Assembly (NCBI GenBank): GCA_023487445.1
Contig: JAMDBQ010000006.1
Location: 4,157-68,156, forward strand
Length of the DNA stretch: 64,000 nucleotides
Direction: 5' to 3'
DNA from: Candidatus Marsarchaeota archaeon
GTDB lineage: Archaea; Thermoproteota; Thermoprotei_A; Marsarchaeales; Marsarchaeaceae
The notes below the pieces were generated by a model. It saw nothing but the letters and a program-made list of their open reading frames with translations, searched no databases and had not been told where the DNA came from. Below, in pieces: positions 8,771 to 17,767 of the stretch. Position numbers and translations under genes: made by a program. Each line of letters begins with the position of its first letter. Position 1 is the first letter of the stretch.

Positions 8771-9736
8771 TTATTCAAGGTGAGAAGGGGCCAAATAGTA
8801 CACCAGCTTAACCGCTCCTTGAGAGTAAGGCACAGGTACAACGTACTCAGCAATAAGCGGCGTGTCCTTGCCAAATGAGATTGTGATGGCATTGGCCGAG
8901 GGTGTTCCTGCAATGAGCTTAATCAAGTCCGTGTACCGGTAACTGGATTCGACAGCCCCATTCTCGGGGAGGGACGCCCTAACCGCGTTCAACCGCATTT
9001 CAAGGCTTTCATTGCCATTGCTTACGTGTAAACTGATGTGTTCGCTTCCCGCTGTGGCTGCAAATGTAACTGCGCCGTAAGGCCACCTAGAAAAAGCTCT
9101 TAGCGCAGACATCAGCTCATTTAGAAAAATCTTCGCTGACACAGTGGTAGGCACATCAATTTCGCCGAATCCATACGTCTCAGACTCCTCCGAAACCATT
9201 TCTATCCTTTCATTCTTAAGCGTCAATGAAACCGAGTAGCTACGGGGGACTACCGACTCATCCTTAACCTTGACTTCGATGGCTACGGTCTGGTTGCCGG
9301 CCGCCCTGAGTCGCTCAACCCATCTACCAATGGGAAGCCTGATCCGCAGATCGCCAGTGTCGCTAAGCCGGTACGAATGCATCGCCTCAACTGGCACGTT
9401 CATACACGCTAGGACCACGTGCCGCGCGTCCATCTGTTTCACTTCGAACCCCTTATCGGTGAACAGCAGCTCAACCTCGTCGCTGTGAAGTGCAAGCGAA
9501 ACATGCCTAAGTATGTTTCCGAACTGAGACGCGGAGGGAAATACGAAGAAAACACGGTTTTGGCCCACCGCCCGGGGCGGATCACCACCATCTCTTTGCA
9601 TCTCTCTACTGTCTACGAAAGATGATTGAACAACCCCTTCAGCCGCACTCTTATCCAAGCCTCCCTCAACGGCTTCTTGGGCTTTCCCAACCGAGTCCGC
9701 GCTGTAATTCAAGTGTTGGTCAACCAAATCAGTCAC
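8771..9736 (-). CDS. pcn: DNA polymerase sliding clamp (PCNA), divergent paralogue; possible shorter start at 9601
   Basis: Core FVFPSASQFGNILRHVSLALHSDEVELLFTDKGFEVKQMDARHVVL .. ends VKLVYYLAPSHLE (canonical PCNA ..fyLAPrie tail). The first 45-60 aa have no PCNA counterpart; in-frame ATG at 9601. Confidence 0.7.
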   Translation of the reverse strand: MTDLVDQHLNYSADSVGKAQEAVEGGLDKSAAEGVVQSSFVDSREMQRDGGDPPRAVGQNRVFFVFPSASQFGNILRHVSLALHSDEVELLFTDKGFEVKQMDARHVVLACMNVPVEAMHSYRLSDTGDLRIRLPIGRWVERLRAAGNQTVAIEVKVKDESVVPRSYSVSLTLKNERIEMVSEESETYGFGEIDVPTTVSAKIFLNELMSALRAFSRWPYGAVTFAATAGSEHISLHVSNGNESLEMRLNAVRASLPENGAVESSYRYTDLIKLIAGTPSANAITISFGKDTPLIAEYVVPVPYSQGAVKLVYYLAPSHLE

Positions 9737-10123
9737 CCGTTCTAAACCCTAGACCACCCAACATCCACCAGCCCAGATCTGAAAACCGCCTCCCTACTGT
9801 TGAGGCGTCAAAACCGAGACCCGCAAATTCGAAGCCTGAACTGGTCCGAGGCCGTCTCCGCGCGTCTTCTGTCAACATGTATATTTCTGCTTGCAAACCT
9901 TAACTAGTTAATTGACGGCTACCGCTACGATCAGGTGATCATGCCTGCCCGAGCTTGATGCACTATTTGGATGAATGTTTGATACACGTTGTATCTGTTG
10001 ATGCACTTAACGGCTCAACAATGGGTTCTCTGACCGAGAAGAAATTGAACCCCGTCACCGTCTTTGATCGCTGTAGCCAAGCGCGTTGTTATGGGCCCAT
10101 GAAATTCTAACCCTAGAGGCTAG

Positions 10124-10215
10124 TGCCTCAGCGGGGATTTGAACCCCGGTCCCCAGCTTTTTCTGCCAAATGGCTCGAGAGGCTGGGATACTTGACCTGG
10201 CTATACGACTGAGGC
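10124..10215 (-). tRNA. tRNA-Glu(CUC): tRNA-Glu (anticodon CUC) with canonical 37/38 intron of ~17 nt (approx 10159-10175)
   Basis: Minus strand: GCCTCAG TC GTAT AGCCAGGTCAA GTAT C CCAGC CTCTCG[agccatttggcagaaaa]A GCTGG GGAC CGGGG TTCAAAT CCCCG CTGAGGC A. TATA-like CCTTATAAG lies ~25-30 nt upstream. Confidence 0.75.
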
Positions 10216-10493
10216 TTTGTCTCCAAGCGGAAAAATCACTTATAAGGATTTTGAGAGACATATTTATGCGATGATTCCCGGTGGCGGCAGGGGCTGCGAA
10301 GTCGCGGAGTATATGAAAAAGGTCAAGGAGATCGTGAAGGCGTCGGAGTTCTCGGAGAGGGAGGTGTGAGCCGGGTATGGATGGCTTCTCCACGCTGCTT
10401 GCTTTTCCGGGCATGCGGTGGGCCGGGTTAGCAGACCACATTGTGGGACACGGAGGCTGAAGAGAAAGGGGCGGCGGCCCGTGACTAATTTTA

Positions 10494-10976
10494 ATGAGAA
10501 TCGACGTCAGCCCACTTGACGAGCATGATATGGAGATGGCTATTGACTGTGAAAGGATACTGGAAGATGAAATTATGGCTCCGAAACGGGTAAGCTCAAG
10601 GAGGCAGAAGTCTTACGATCTGGTATGGGATCCTCGGAGCATAAGGCTTTACCCGTATCTTGATATGAAAAGGATTACCGCCACCCTGGCACTAATACTT
10701 AATCGGGTGAGGGAGATCAGGGTTCGCCTCTGTGATGAGTCGTGGAGGACAAACACCTTCATGGCTCACTATGAAGCCAACCATACTCGGCCGGACGGAT
10801 CTTGGATTCCCCACATCTGCTGCGGCTATGGAGGGCAGAGGCAAAAGAAAAGAGTTACACCGAACACGGCACCGGATACTGTGAAGCAGCGGAATAATTC
10901 CGAGTTGGGTGATGTGATCAGCAAAATTCCGCTGCTTACCATCAAGCACACAATATCTCTCTATAAAAACAACTAG
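10494..10976 (+). CDS. hypothetical protein (orphan)
   Basis: 160-aa ORF, no motif recognised; sits in a visibly more AT-rich stretch next to tRNA-Glu; its 3' end overlaps the convergent tatA stop by 4 nt. Confidence 0.3.
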   Translation: MRIDVSPLDEHDMEMAIDCERILEDEIMAPKRVSSRRQKSYDLVWDPRSIRLYPYLDMKRITATLALILNRVREIRVRLCDESWRTNTFMAHYEANHTRPDGSWIPHICCGYGGQRQKKRVTPNTAPDTVKQRNNSELGDVISKIPLLTIKHTISLYKNN

Positions 10977-11278
10977 GTAGACGGAGTTTCAGACTGCTTT
11001 TTGAGTTCTTGAAGTTCTTTTTCGAGCTGGGCTATTTTAGCATTTATCGGTGTGCTTGAGTGGTTCGATGACTGGGGCGAGACTGGTTGTGTTTGGGCGA
11101 TTTGCTGAGGAGCGACGTCCATATTTCTGATCTCTCTCTCAACCTCGGTTTTAGCCTTCTGGTACTCGCCGGTGGCCCTGCCTATCGCCCTAGCAAGCTG
11201 AGGAATCCTACTAGCCCCTCCGAACAAAACCAGCGCAACCACGATCAAGATGACCCAGTCGGTTACGCTCCCGATCAT
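10973..11278 (-). CDS. tatA: Sec-independent (Tat) translocase subunit TatA/E
   Basis: N-terminal TM + hinge WVILIVVALVLFGGASRIPQLARAIGRATGEYQKA is the TatA signature (..lFG..klP.l.r..G....efk.a). Confidence 0.85.
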   Translation of the reverse strand: MIGSVTDWVILIVVALVLFGGASRIPQLARAIGRATGEYQKAKTEVEREIRNMDVAPQQIAQTQPVSPQSSNHSSTPINAKIAQLEKELQELKKQSETPST

Positions 11279-11683
11279 ATAGGTGAACTTCGTTTAGCGG
11301 GTTTTAAATCCTACTAAAATGGCGTGACGCTTCATCTCAAACTTAGAACAGCACGTCTACATCAAGTACACGAAAACATTGGTGAACCCATCAACTACGC
11401 TGTTAAGTACCTGATGATAGTACTACGAGTTCAGGCCTCCAACGGAGAACGGTATGTGTGGCAGTAAAGAACCCAATGATTGTGTTTACGAGCGGAGAGC
11501 AGTTGCAGCATTGTATAATTTAGGATACGAATAACACACCGCGAAACACATGAGGAAACTCGTAACGCTCTGACGAGTTGTTTAGGGGCATCGCCGTCTA
11601 AACTCGTGCCAATAGTTCCCACAAAGCCTCAAGACCCGCCTCCGATTGGAGGATGCGTATACGTTTGCTTTCCTCATATTTAA

Positions 11684-12280
11684 CTAGGCTAGGTCGCCGC
11701 TTTCTCGCGGAACTGGTTTACTGTGACGCAGCGGGTCGTGGGCCATCTTTCTATCATAATCTTCTATTATTGAAAGTAGTCTGGAGCGTATACGCATCTC
11801 CTCAATGATTTTGGCTACCACCGCCGGGACGAGTTGTCTCCAAGAGTCGTCTCCTTTAATCAGGAGTTCCCTTATTTTGGTGCCAGAGATCTCTGGTCGT
11901 TTATATAGGCTGGGATGCCTAACCTCCACGTGTACCTCCCTAAACAGGGTGGCTACGAGACTGTTTCCAGTATACACCGTGTTAAACGGCGGCGCATAGG
12001 AGCGAAGATGGAAAGGCCAGACAGAGTTGAACTGAATGTCAGGTACCGTTATAATGTATGAACGTGAAAGGTCTATTCCCGATTCATGCAGTGCCTTATT
12101 GATCATGTACACTCTCTCTCCAGCTGTCAAGGGGTTCTCTAAGGTGTGGCTGGCTTGAGCGCTTCCAACCACTATCACTATCTCATTGTGCTTGGAGAGT
12201 ATTTCATTTACGGCGTGAATATGTCCTTTGTGAATAGGCTGGAACCTGCCAACCAAAAGAGCTCTGTCTTCAGTCTTCAT
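11684..12280 (-). CDS. nicotinamide-nucleotide adenylyltransferase (archaeal NMNAT)
   Basis: RALLVGRFQPIHKGHIHAVNEIL.. = (T/H)xGH cytidylyltransferase motif in NMNAT context; ..ISGTKIRE.. near C-terminus. I prefer ATG 12280 (MKTEDRALLVGRFQP) over the track start 12337. Confidence 0.8.
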   Translation of the reverse strand: MKTEDRALLVGRFQPIHKGHIHAVNEILSKHNEIVIVVGSAQASHTLENPLTAGERVYMINKALHESGIDLSRSYIITVPDIQFNSVWPFHLRSYAPPFNTVYTGNSLVATLFREVHVEVRHPSLYKRPEISGTKIRELLIKGDDSWRQLVPAVVAKIIEEMRIRSRLLSIIEDYDRKMAHDPLRHSKPVPRESGDLA

Positions 12281-13082
12281 AGACCGAGAGCTCACTTCCA
12301 GGTTCGGCGCCAATGAGAGCAGCCGCAGGCTTACCATTCAACGCTATCTCATAGAATCCTTCGCTGCCATTAATAAGCAGAAGGGAGTCTGCTTGCAAAG
12401 AAGCATACGTTTGAGACTTCGCAAGTTTGAAAGCTCCTCTACTACTTTGAACCACATAGGAGTCTTGGTTCAGTGTGTGATTGGGGATGTTAGTGATCAC
12501 GTTACCGAAGACATCCACGTTCAAAACAGAGCAGGTCACCGCCCCCTTTCTGAGGTTGGGTCTGGTAAGCTTCAGCCGTTTGAGGTCGTCGGGGTCAACA
12601 CCCCGACCTAGCGACGAAGGCTCTACGCCCATGGCTACCTTCACTGCTAGCGGCGCGAACACGTCTCTACCATGGAAAGTCGAAGACACATCTTTTCCTA
12701 CAACCGATCTTAGGTCCGCTAGGTAACCAGTTCCACTGAACCACTCATATGCGTGGGTAAGGACGCCGTTGTCGGGAGCGATGAACACTCCGTTACGCTC
12801 TGTCTCAAACACGACGATGTCCCTCTTTGTTCCGACGGTGGGGTCCACTACAATCAGGTGCAGGGTGTCCTGTGGGGCGTATTTTGCAGCCACAGCTGAA
12901 ACATAAGCCCCTCTGTACAGGTTGTGTCTACCAAGGCTGTGGGACACGTCGATGACGTCTACTTCTCCGTTACTTAGGCGCTTAATTACGAATTTTACCA
13001 CCGATACATAATGATCTTCCAAGCCGAAGTCAGATGTGAACGCGATCGTGGAGTAGCGCATTGTCGCCAACCGCTGAATCAA
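12270..13082 (-). CDS. SAM hydroxide adenosyltransferase / DUF62 (chlorinase-fluorinase fold) protein
   Basis: IAFTSDFGLEDHYVSVVKFVI .. IVVDPTVGT .. FIAPDNGVLTH .. FHGRDVFAP are the DUF62 blocks. Confidence 0.75.
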   Translation of the reverse strand: MIQRLATMRYSTIAFTSDFGLEDHYVSVVKFVIKRLSNGEVDVIDVSHSLGRHNLYRGAYVSAVAAKYAPQDTLHLIVVDPTVGTKRDIVVFETERNGVFIAPDNGVLTHAYEWFSGTGYLADLRSVVGKDVSSTFHGRDVFAPLAVKVAMGVEPSSLGRGVDPDDLKRLKLTRPNLRKGAVTCSVLNVDVFGNVITNIPNHTLNQDSYVVQSSRGAFKLAKSQTYASLQADSLLLINGSEGFYEIALNGKPAAALIGAEPGSELSVYED

Positions 13083-13125
13083 CGCGTAGCTTTAAGCTCC
13101 TCTTGCAACTAGGGAAAACACCGCA

Positions 13126-14064
13126 TTGGACGAACGCACTACAAGGATCCTCGTAGAGAAATATGGATATAACGAATTTTTCGCCTTCCAGCTTTCAAGC
13201 AGCTTGGGCGCGGAGGCGCTTGAATTAGCAGAGGCGGAGGGTTCTACCCCCGTGAAGGCAATAAGGGTGAACACGCTGAAAACAGGAGATGCCGAGCTGG
13301 TGCAGAGCTTGGAAGACAAGGGTTTCACGCTTAAAAAATGTGGGTGGACCAAGCACGGATACTGGGTAGTGGGAGAGCCTAGGAAGCCGACGATCGGCTC
13401 GACCTTGGAATACATGTGCGGACACTACTTCATCCAGAGTCCAGCCTCAATTTTTACAGTAGAGACACTTAACCCTGAGGGGGACGAGAAGGTGCTGGAC
13501 ATGGCCGCAGGTGTTGGCGGAAAAACAACTTACATATGCCAGCTCATGTCCAACACAGGAGTGGTTCTTGCCACCGAGCCCAGTCGCCAAAGGGTGGGCT
13601 CTCTGCGGTCCAACCTTTCAAGGATGGGCTGCGAGAACAGTGTTGTGTTACAGACGGATGGTAGAAACGTCGCCGAAATGGGGTGCAGCTTTGACAGGAT
13701 TCTGCTCGACGCCCCCTGCACGGCCACGGGTCTAGTCGCCCTCTACCCACAGGTGAAGGCAAGGGTTACGCCGCGGGACGTCGTGGAACAATCGGCGTTG
13801 CAATACGAGTTACTAAAGGTGGCTACAGCTGTGCTCAATAGGGGAGGTACACTGGTCTATTCTACATGCAGCCTCCTCCAAGAGGAAGGCGAGCAGGTTG
13901 TCAAGCGTGCGCTCACAGATGAAATGGAGATCATCCCAGTCGATCCACCATTCAAAAAAGGTGAGTCATCAGGGAGCTCGATCCTGCCAGGCTCCGTAAG
14001 GCTCTACCGACACACGCACCGAACGGAGGGATTCTTTATATGCAAGATAAGGAAGAGAGTCTGA
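13126..14064 (+). CDS. NOL1/NOP2/Sun-family RNA cytosine-C5 methyltransferase
   Basis: YFIQSPASIF .. VLDMAAGVGGKTTYI .. FDRILLDAPCTATG .. LVYSTCSL = SAM-binding and catalytic Cys motifs (PC, TCS) of the family. Confidence 0.85.
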   Translation: MDERTTRILVEKYGYNEFFAFQLSSSLGAEALELAEAEGSTPVKAIRVNTLKTGDAELVQSLEDKGFTLKKCGWTKHGYWVVGEPRKPTIGSTLEYMCGHYFIQSPASIFTVETLNPEGDEKVLDMAAGVGGKTTYICQLMSNTGVVLATEPSRQRVGSLRSNLSRMGCENSVVLQTDGRNVAEMGCSFDRILLDAPCTATGLVALYPQVKARVTPRDVVEQSALQYELLKVATAVLNRGGTLVYSTCSLLQEEGEQVVKRALTDEMEIIPVDPPFKKGESSGSSILPGSVRLYRHTHRTEGFFICKIRKRV

Positions 14065-14558
14065 AACCTCCTTTTCTACGCCCTCCTACGCAGGATGAAT
14101 GGTTAGAAATCAATGATGAGCTCAGGTCTTTGGACGCGAGCCTTCCGAGCCACTATCATGCACTAATACACGCCTTAAAATACAGAGAGCTAATGATATT
14201 CGCAAGTGAGGAGACATACGAGCTGTCAAGAAAACTGGGGGCAGCCAGGAACGTTTATTCTGCAGGTATTTTCGGAGGGGCATTTAGAGATGACTCATTC
14301 AAAATCAGCCTTGACCTCGCGGAGCACCTCTACCTTAAAAGAGTCATGCATAAGACGGTTGTCATCAGCGGCTCTGACGCCCAGTCCTTTCTATATGGGA
14401 GGTCGGTAAGGGTCAGCCACAAACACGGTTTACCTACCGGAAAACTCTTGGTTCTGTCGGAACAGGGCTACGCCCTTGGGTTAGGGCGGTTAGCGGAAGG
14501 CTCGGACCTGCTTGAAAACCTGATCGATAAAGGGTGGTACCTGAGGAGAGGTGGCTGA
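14040..14558 (+). CDS. Nip7-like PUA-domain ribosome biogenesis protein (UPF0113)
   Basis: 172 aa, ends ..LIDKGWYLRRGG; PUA-like C-terminal half; classic pairing immediately downstream of (overlapping) a Nop2/Sun methylase. Confidence 0.6.
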   Translation: MQDKEESLKPPFLRPPTQDEWLEINDELRSLDASLPSHYHALIHALKYRELMIFASEETYELSRKLGAARNVYSAGIFGGAFRDDSFKISLDLAEHLYLKRVMHKTVVISGSDAQSFLYGRSVRVSHKHGLPTGKLLVLSEQGYALGLGRLAEGSDLLENLIDKGWYLRRGG

Positions 14559-14640
14559 CAGAGCTTGCATCTAGTCTACGGAAATAAGCTTGGAGTACAA
14601 CGCTTATATTTGAACAGGCGAGCCGTGATCTGAAGTAGTA

Positions 14641-15426
14641 ATGGGTTTTAAGAAAGGAGACTTTGTCCTGATCGACTTCACAGCCAAAGTGAAGGAGACC
14701 GATGAGGTATTTGATACAACCGATGAAAAAGTGGCGAAGACTTCGGGAATATACAAGGAAAATTATCCTTACGAACCGGTTTTGATAGTGCTGGGTGAGG
14801 GATGGGTTGTTCCAGGGTTGGAGAAAGCGCTTCTCTCATCGGAGGTTTCGGAAAAGAAGAGCGTTGAAATAATTCCGAAGGAGGCGTTCGGCGAACGCGA
14901 CCCAGCTAAGGTTAAGGTGATAAGTGAACGAGAACTTCTAAAAAGAGATATACGTCCTGAACCCGGCCGAAAACTTGAGGTGAATGGCCAGACGGCTGTT
15001 ATCAGGAGCGTAAATGCGGGAAGAGTACAGCTAGACTTTAACCACCCCCTCAGCGGCAGAACCATCATATATGAATTCAGCGTGGTTAGGATTGTTGAGG
15101 GTGATCTTGAAAAAGCCGTGGAACTCGTTCACAGGATCGCGCCCAGCGTCAAGAGGGAGAGCTTTAACGTGGCATTATCAGGTTCTGAGGCGCACATAAC
15201 TATTCCCGAGGAACTATTATACTGGGACTCGCTTCAAAGCTTCAAGATAACCCTTGTTCGAGACCTTATCAAATACTTGGACACCATAGAAGCTGTAGTG
15301 TTTTCCGAAAGATTCACCTACAAACTGCGTAAAGGAGAGCAAGCCGCAAAGCAGACCACAGAGCAGGCGGCTGCTGAAGCTGAAAGCGCTGCCGCTAAGG
15401 CCGAACCTTCAGCATCAAAAGCTTAA
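14641..15426 (+). CDS. FKBP-type peptidyl-prolyl cis-trans isomerase (long archaeal type with insert/C-terminal domain)
   Basis: KKGDFVLIDFTAKV..DEVFDTT .. VPGLEKALL.. .. DFNHPLSGRT = FKBP/SlyD signatures; Ala/Glu-rich tail. Confidence 0.8.
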   Translation: MGFKKGDFVLIDFTAKVKETDEVFDTTDEKVAKTSGIYKENYPYEPVLIVLGEGWVVPGLEKALLSSEVSEKKSVEIIPKEAFGERDPAKVKVISERELLKRDIRPEPGRKLEVNGQTAVIRSVNAGRVQLDFNHPLSGRTIIYEFSVVRIVEGDLEKAVELVHRIAPSVKRESFNVALSGSEAHITIPEELLYWDSLQSFKITLVRDLIKYLDTIEAVVFSERFTYKLRKGEQAAKQTTEQAAAEAESAAAKAEPSASKA

Positions 15427-15889
15427 ACCCACGAGGGCAATCCACCTGTTTTCCTCTCTCAAGAAGCTTGACTTTTGAGCCACGTTTTACCCCGTTGAAA
15501 ACGCAGTATCTGTAGTTTTTACAGAACACCCAGTCGCATGCGATAGTGTCGTAATTCACGATGGCGCCCAACATTACCTTCTGCTTCTCCATGGTGACTG
15601 TGAGCTCGGTTTTCTCTACCTGCACTACCCTTGCCTGTGACCCAGCCAGTGCGCACCAGTGGTCTCCACCCTTAACTTCTTTGACAGAGTAAGTATCTCC
15701 CTCAACTAGGTTATCCAAGCACGGCGCTTTAACTGGGCAGACCCGACACTCGGGGCCGGGGTCCCTGACGAAGGTAAAAGCGTAGCCCAGCCTGGCTATC
15801 GCCTCGGGAACAAGCGTGATCTGCGCCTTCTTCTGCTGCGTGGACCTGCCGGACGATTTTCCCTCAGGGTTAGAACGGTTATCGCTCAT
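15395..15889 (-). CDS. UPF0179 family Cys-rich protein
   Basis: ITLVPEAIARLGYAFTFV..PECRVCPVKAPCLDNL..GDTYSVKEV..HWCAL .. CDWVFCKNYRYC .. matches the UPF0179 pattern. Confidence 0.6.
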   Translation of the reverse strand: MSDNRSNPEGKSSGRSTQQKKAQITLVPEAIARLGYAFTFVRDPGPECRVCPVKAPCLDNLVEGDTYSVKEVKGGDHWCALAGSQARVVQVEKTELTVTMEKQKVMLGAIVNYDTIACDWVFCKNYRYCVFNGVKRGSKVKLLERGKQVDCPRGFKLLMLKVRP

Positions 15890-15957
15890 AGAGTTACACG
15901 TGATAGTACCTGCTTAATAAGCGTGGTAACTGACTACAGCCGAACAGGCGTCAGCTT

Positions 15958-17079
15958 CTAGTATGCTTTTACCTCATCAAGAATCTGCCTTGCCTTAACT
16001 AGCGTCAGCCCCTTGGAGAGAACGGTGCGCCGTTCGGGCCTGATCTTATGTGCGAACACAAGTGACCTCTCAACGAAAACGGGGGGAACACCCAAACTCT
16101 TGGCTGACACAGGTAGACCCGCCGCCTCAACTTTTTCGAACACCCCACGCCAGTCGGCTCCATGCAACGCAAGAGAAATCTTGGTCCCTAGCAGAACACC
16201 ATAGCCGTGCAGGACCTTGCCGGGCATCAGCATGTTTAGCGCATGCCCGAACATGTGCTCGCTGCCACTGCAGGGCCTGCTACTTCCGGCTATCGCCATC
16301 GCTATGCCGTTACTGATAAGCGCCTCAAGAAGCGCCCTGATCCCGCTTTTGCTGAGCTGGACAATCGATTCAAGGTTGCTGAAAACCAGTTTGGCAGACA
16401 TCTCAGCTAGTGAAATTGAGTACTCTCCTACATACTCGCCTTCTTGCTGGGCGAGTTTGCTGTCGAGAACCGATGAAAACTTGGCGAGAACGTCGCCTAC
16501 TCCACTGAGTGTTAACTCCAGCGGGCTGTCTGCTATGAGCTTTGAATCAGCTATTATAATGTAGGGCATTTCAACCCTCATTGAGTGGGCACCGTTTAGC
16601 CCTATGAGGGAGGCCTGAGGCGAGGCTATGCCGTCGTGGGATGCGCTCGTCGGTATGCTTATGAAGGGCACTCTGCGGTGGTGAGCCACCACCTTTCCAA
16701 CGTCAAGAACCTTACCACCTCCGAGGCCAACCACCGCCCCAAAGGCATATCCCGCGGAGAGGACTCTGTTTGCCTCAGCAACACTTGAACTTGTAACTAC
16801 CTCGGTTCTTGCAATGTACCCAACCTCCTTTAAATTGTTGAGCACCCCCTGTGCATGGTGTGTGAGCGAGTTTTGTCCCGTGAGCACTACTATGTTCTTG
16901 GCTTCAAGGTGTCTGGATATCGTGCTGCCCGCCGACTGGGCAACGTCTTCTCCCACGACGACTTCTACTGGTAGCCTTATGGTGTGGGAGGCTGGTTCGC
17001 TGCTCACGCTTTGTCCACAAGCATCAGTAACTAGTGGCTCAAAAGCCTTAAGTAAATCTCTTGGAAAGAATGGATGCAC
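15958..17079 (-). CDS. egsA: sn-glycerol-1-phosphate dehydrogenase (archaeal lipid backbone)
   Basis: 373 aa Fe/Zn-ADH/DHQS-like fold: ..GLGGGKVLDVGK.. Rossmann loop, ..SASHDGIASP.., ..SGSEHMFGHAL.. metal ligands; size and motifs as G1PDH. Confidence 0.7.
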   Translation of the reverse strand: MHPFFPRDLLKAFEPLVTDACGQSVSSEPASHTIRLPVEVVVGEDVAQSAGSTISRHLEAKNIVVLTGQNSLTHHAQGVLNNLKEVGYIARTEVVTSSSVAEANRVLSAGYAFGAVVGLGGGKVLDVGKVVAHHRRVPFISIPTSASHDGIASPQASLIGLNGAHSMRVEMPYIIIADSKLIADSPLELTLSGVGDVLAKFSSVLDSKLAQQEGEYVGEYSISLAEMSAKLVFSNLESIVQLSKSGIRALLEALISNGIAMAIAGSSRPCSGSEHMFGHALNMLMPGKVLHGYGVLLGTKISLALHGADWRGVFEKVEAAGLPVSAKSLGVPPVFVERSLVFAHKIRPERRTVLSKGLTLVKARQILDEVKAY

Positions 17080-17110
17080 TTACGCCTTTTCATCTATCAA
17101 TTAGATGTAG

Positions 17111-17767
17111 GTGCTGTTTAGAGGGGCGGTATGTTTGTTGCATCCTAAAAGGGGTACTACCACAGTGGGTGTCAAGTGTACAGAAGGCGTTGTGCTCGCA
17201 GCCGATAAGAGAGCTACCGGCGGCTCGAGCATAGCCAACAAAAACGTGTTGAAGATTGCCGGGATAACAGATTACTGCGCGGCCACGATAGCCGGCACCG
17301 TGGCTGAAGCGTTTGAACTGGTTGAAACGCTTAAGGCTGAAGCGGCTCTGTATGCGGTGAGAACCGAGCGGCATCTAAGCGTAAAAGGGATAGCCAACCT
17401 AGCTTCGGAGCTGATTAATTCACGCAAATTTTACTCGTTACCCGTGGAGCTGTTGATCGGGGGATTCGAAGGAGGAGCCTCTCTCTTCATGGTGGATTTC
17501 TTCGGAGGTTTGAGCGAGGAGTCGTATGTGGCGTCGGGGTCGGGTTCCTCGAACGCAATAGGCGTATTACGAAGTTACCTTAATGGAAAAGCAGATTTTG
17601 GACTGGATTATGCAGTTGAGGCCGCAGTTAAAGCGGTGGATTCAGCGATTAACTGGGATCCAGCTACCGGTGAAGGCGTCAGTGTTGCAGTGGTAAATGG
17701 AGGAGGACTGAGGTTTCTGACACCGGAGCAGGTGGATTCGTATTCTGCAAGAGGCAGGACGAGTTGA
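17111..17767 (+). CDS. psmB: proteasome beta subunit (with propeptide)
   Basis: Propeptide then G|TTTVGVKCTEGVVLAADKRAT (catalytic Thr1 context). Confidence 0.9.
   Translation: MLFRGAVCLLHPKRGTTTVGVKCTEGVVLAADKRATGGSSIANKNVLKIAGITDYCAATIAGTVAEAFELVETLKAEAALYAVRTERHLSVKGIANLASELINSRKFYSLPVELLIGGFEGGASLFMVDFFGGLSEESYVASGSGSSNAIGVLRSYLNGKADFGLDYAVEAAVKAVDSAINWDPATGEGVSVAVVNGGGLRFLTPEQVDSYSARGRTS

Noticed and set aside
9622-9903. ORFs 9270..9488, 9419..9625, 9622..9903 (plus) around the PCNA gene
   Set aside because: The first two are antisense to PCNA. The third is Pro/Ser/Arg-rich with no start context and is probably non-coding upstream DNA.
11405-11570. C/D-box sRNA (CTGATGA at ~11412, CTGA at ~11566)
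   Set aside because: The boxes are ~150 nt apart. No properly spaced D'/C' pair or terminal stem is present, so the pattern does not fit a 50-70-nt archaeal C/D sRNA.
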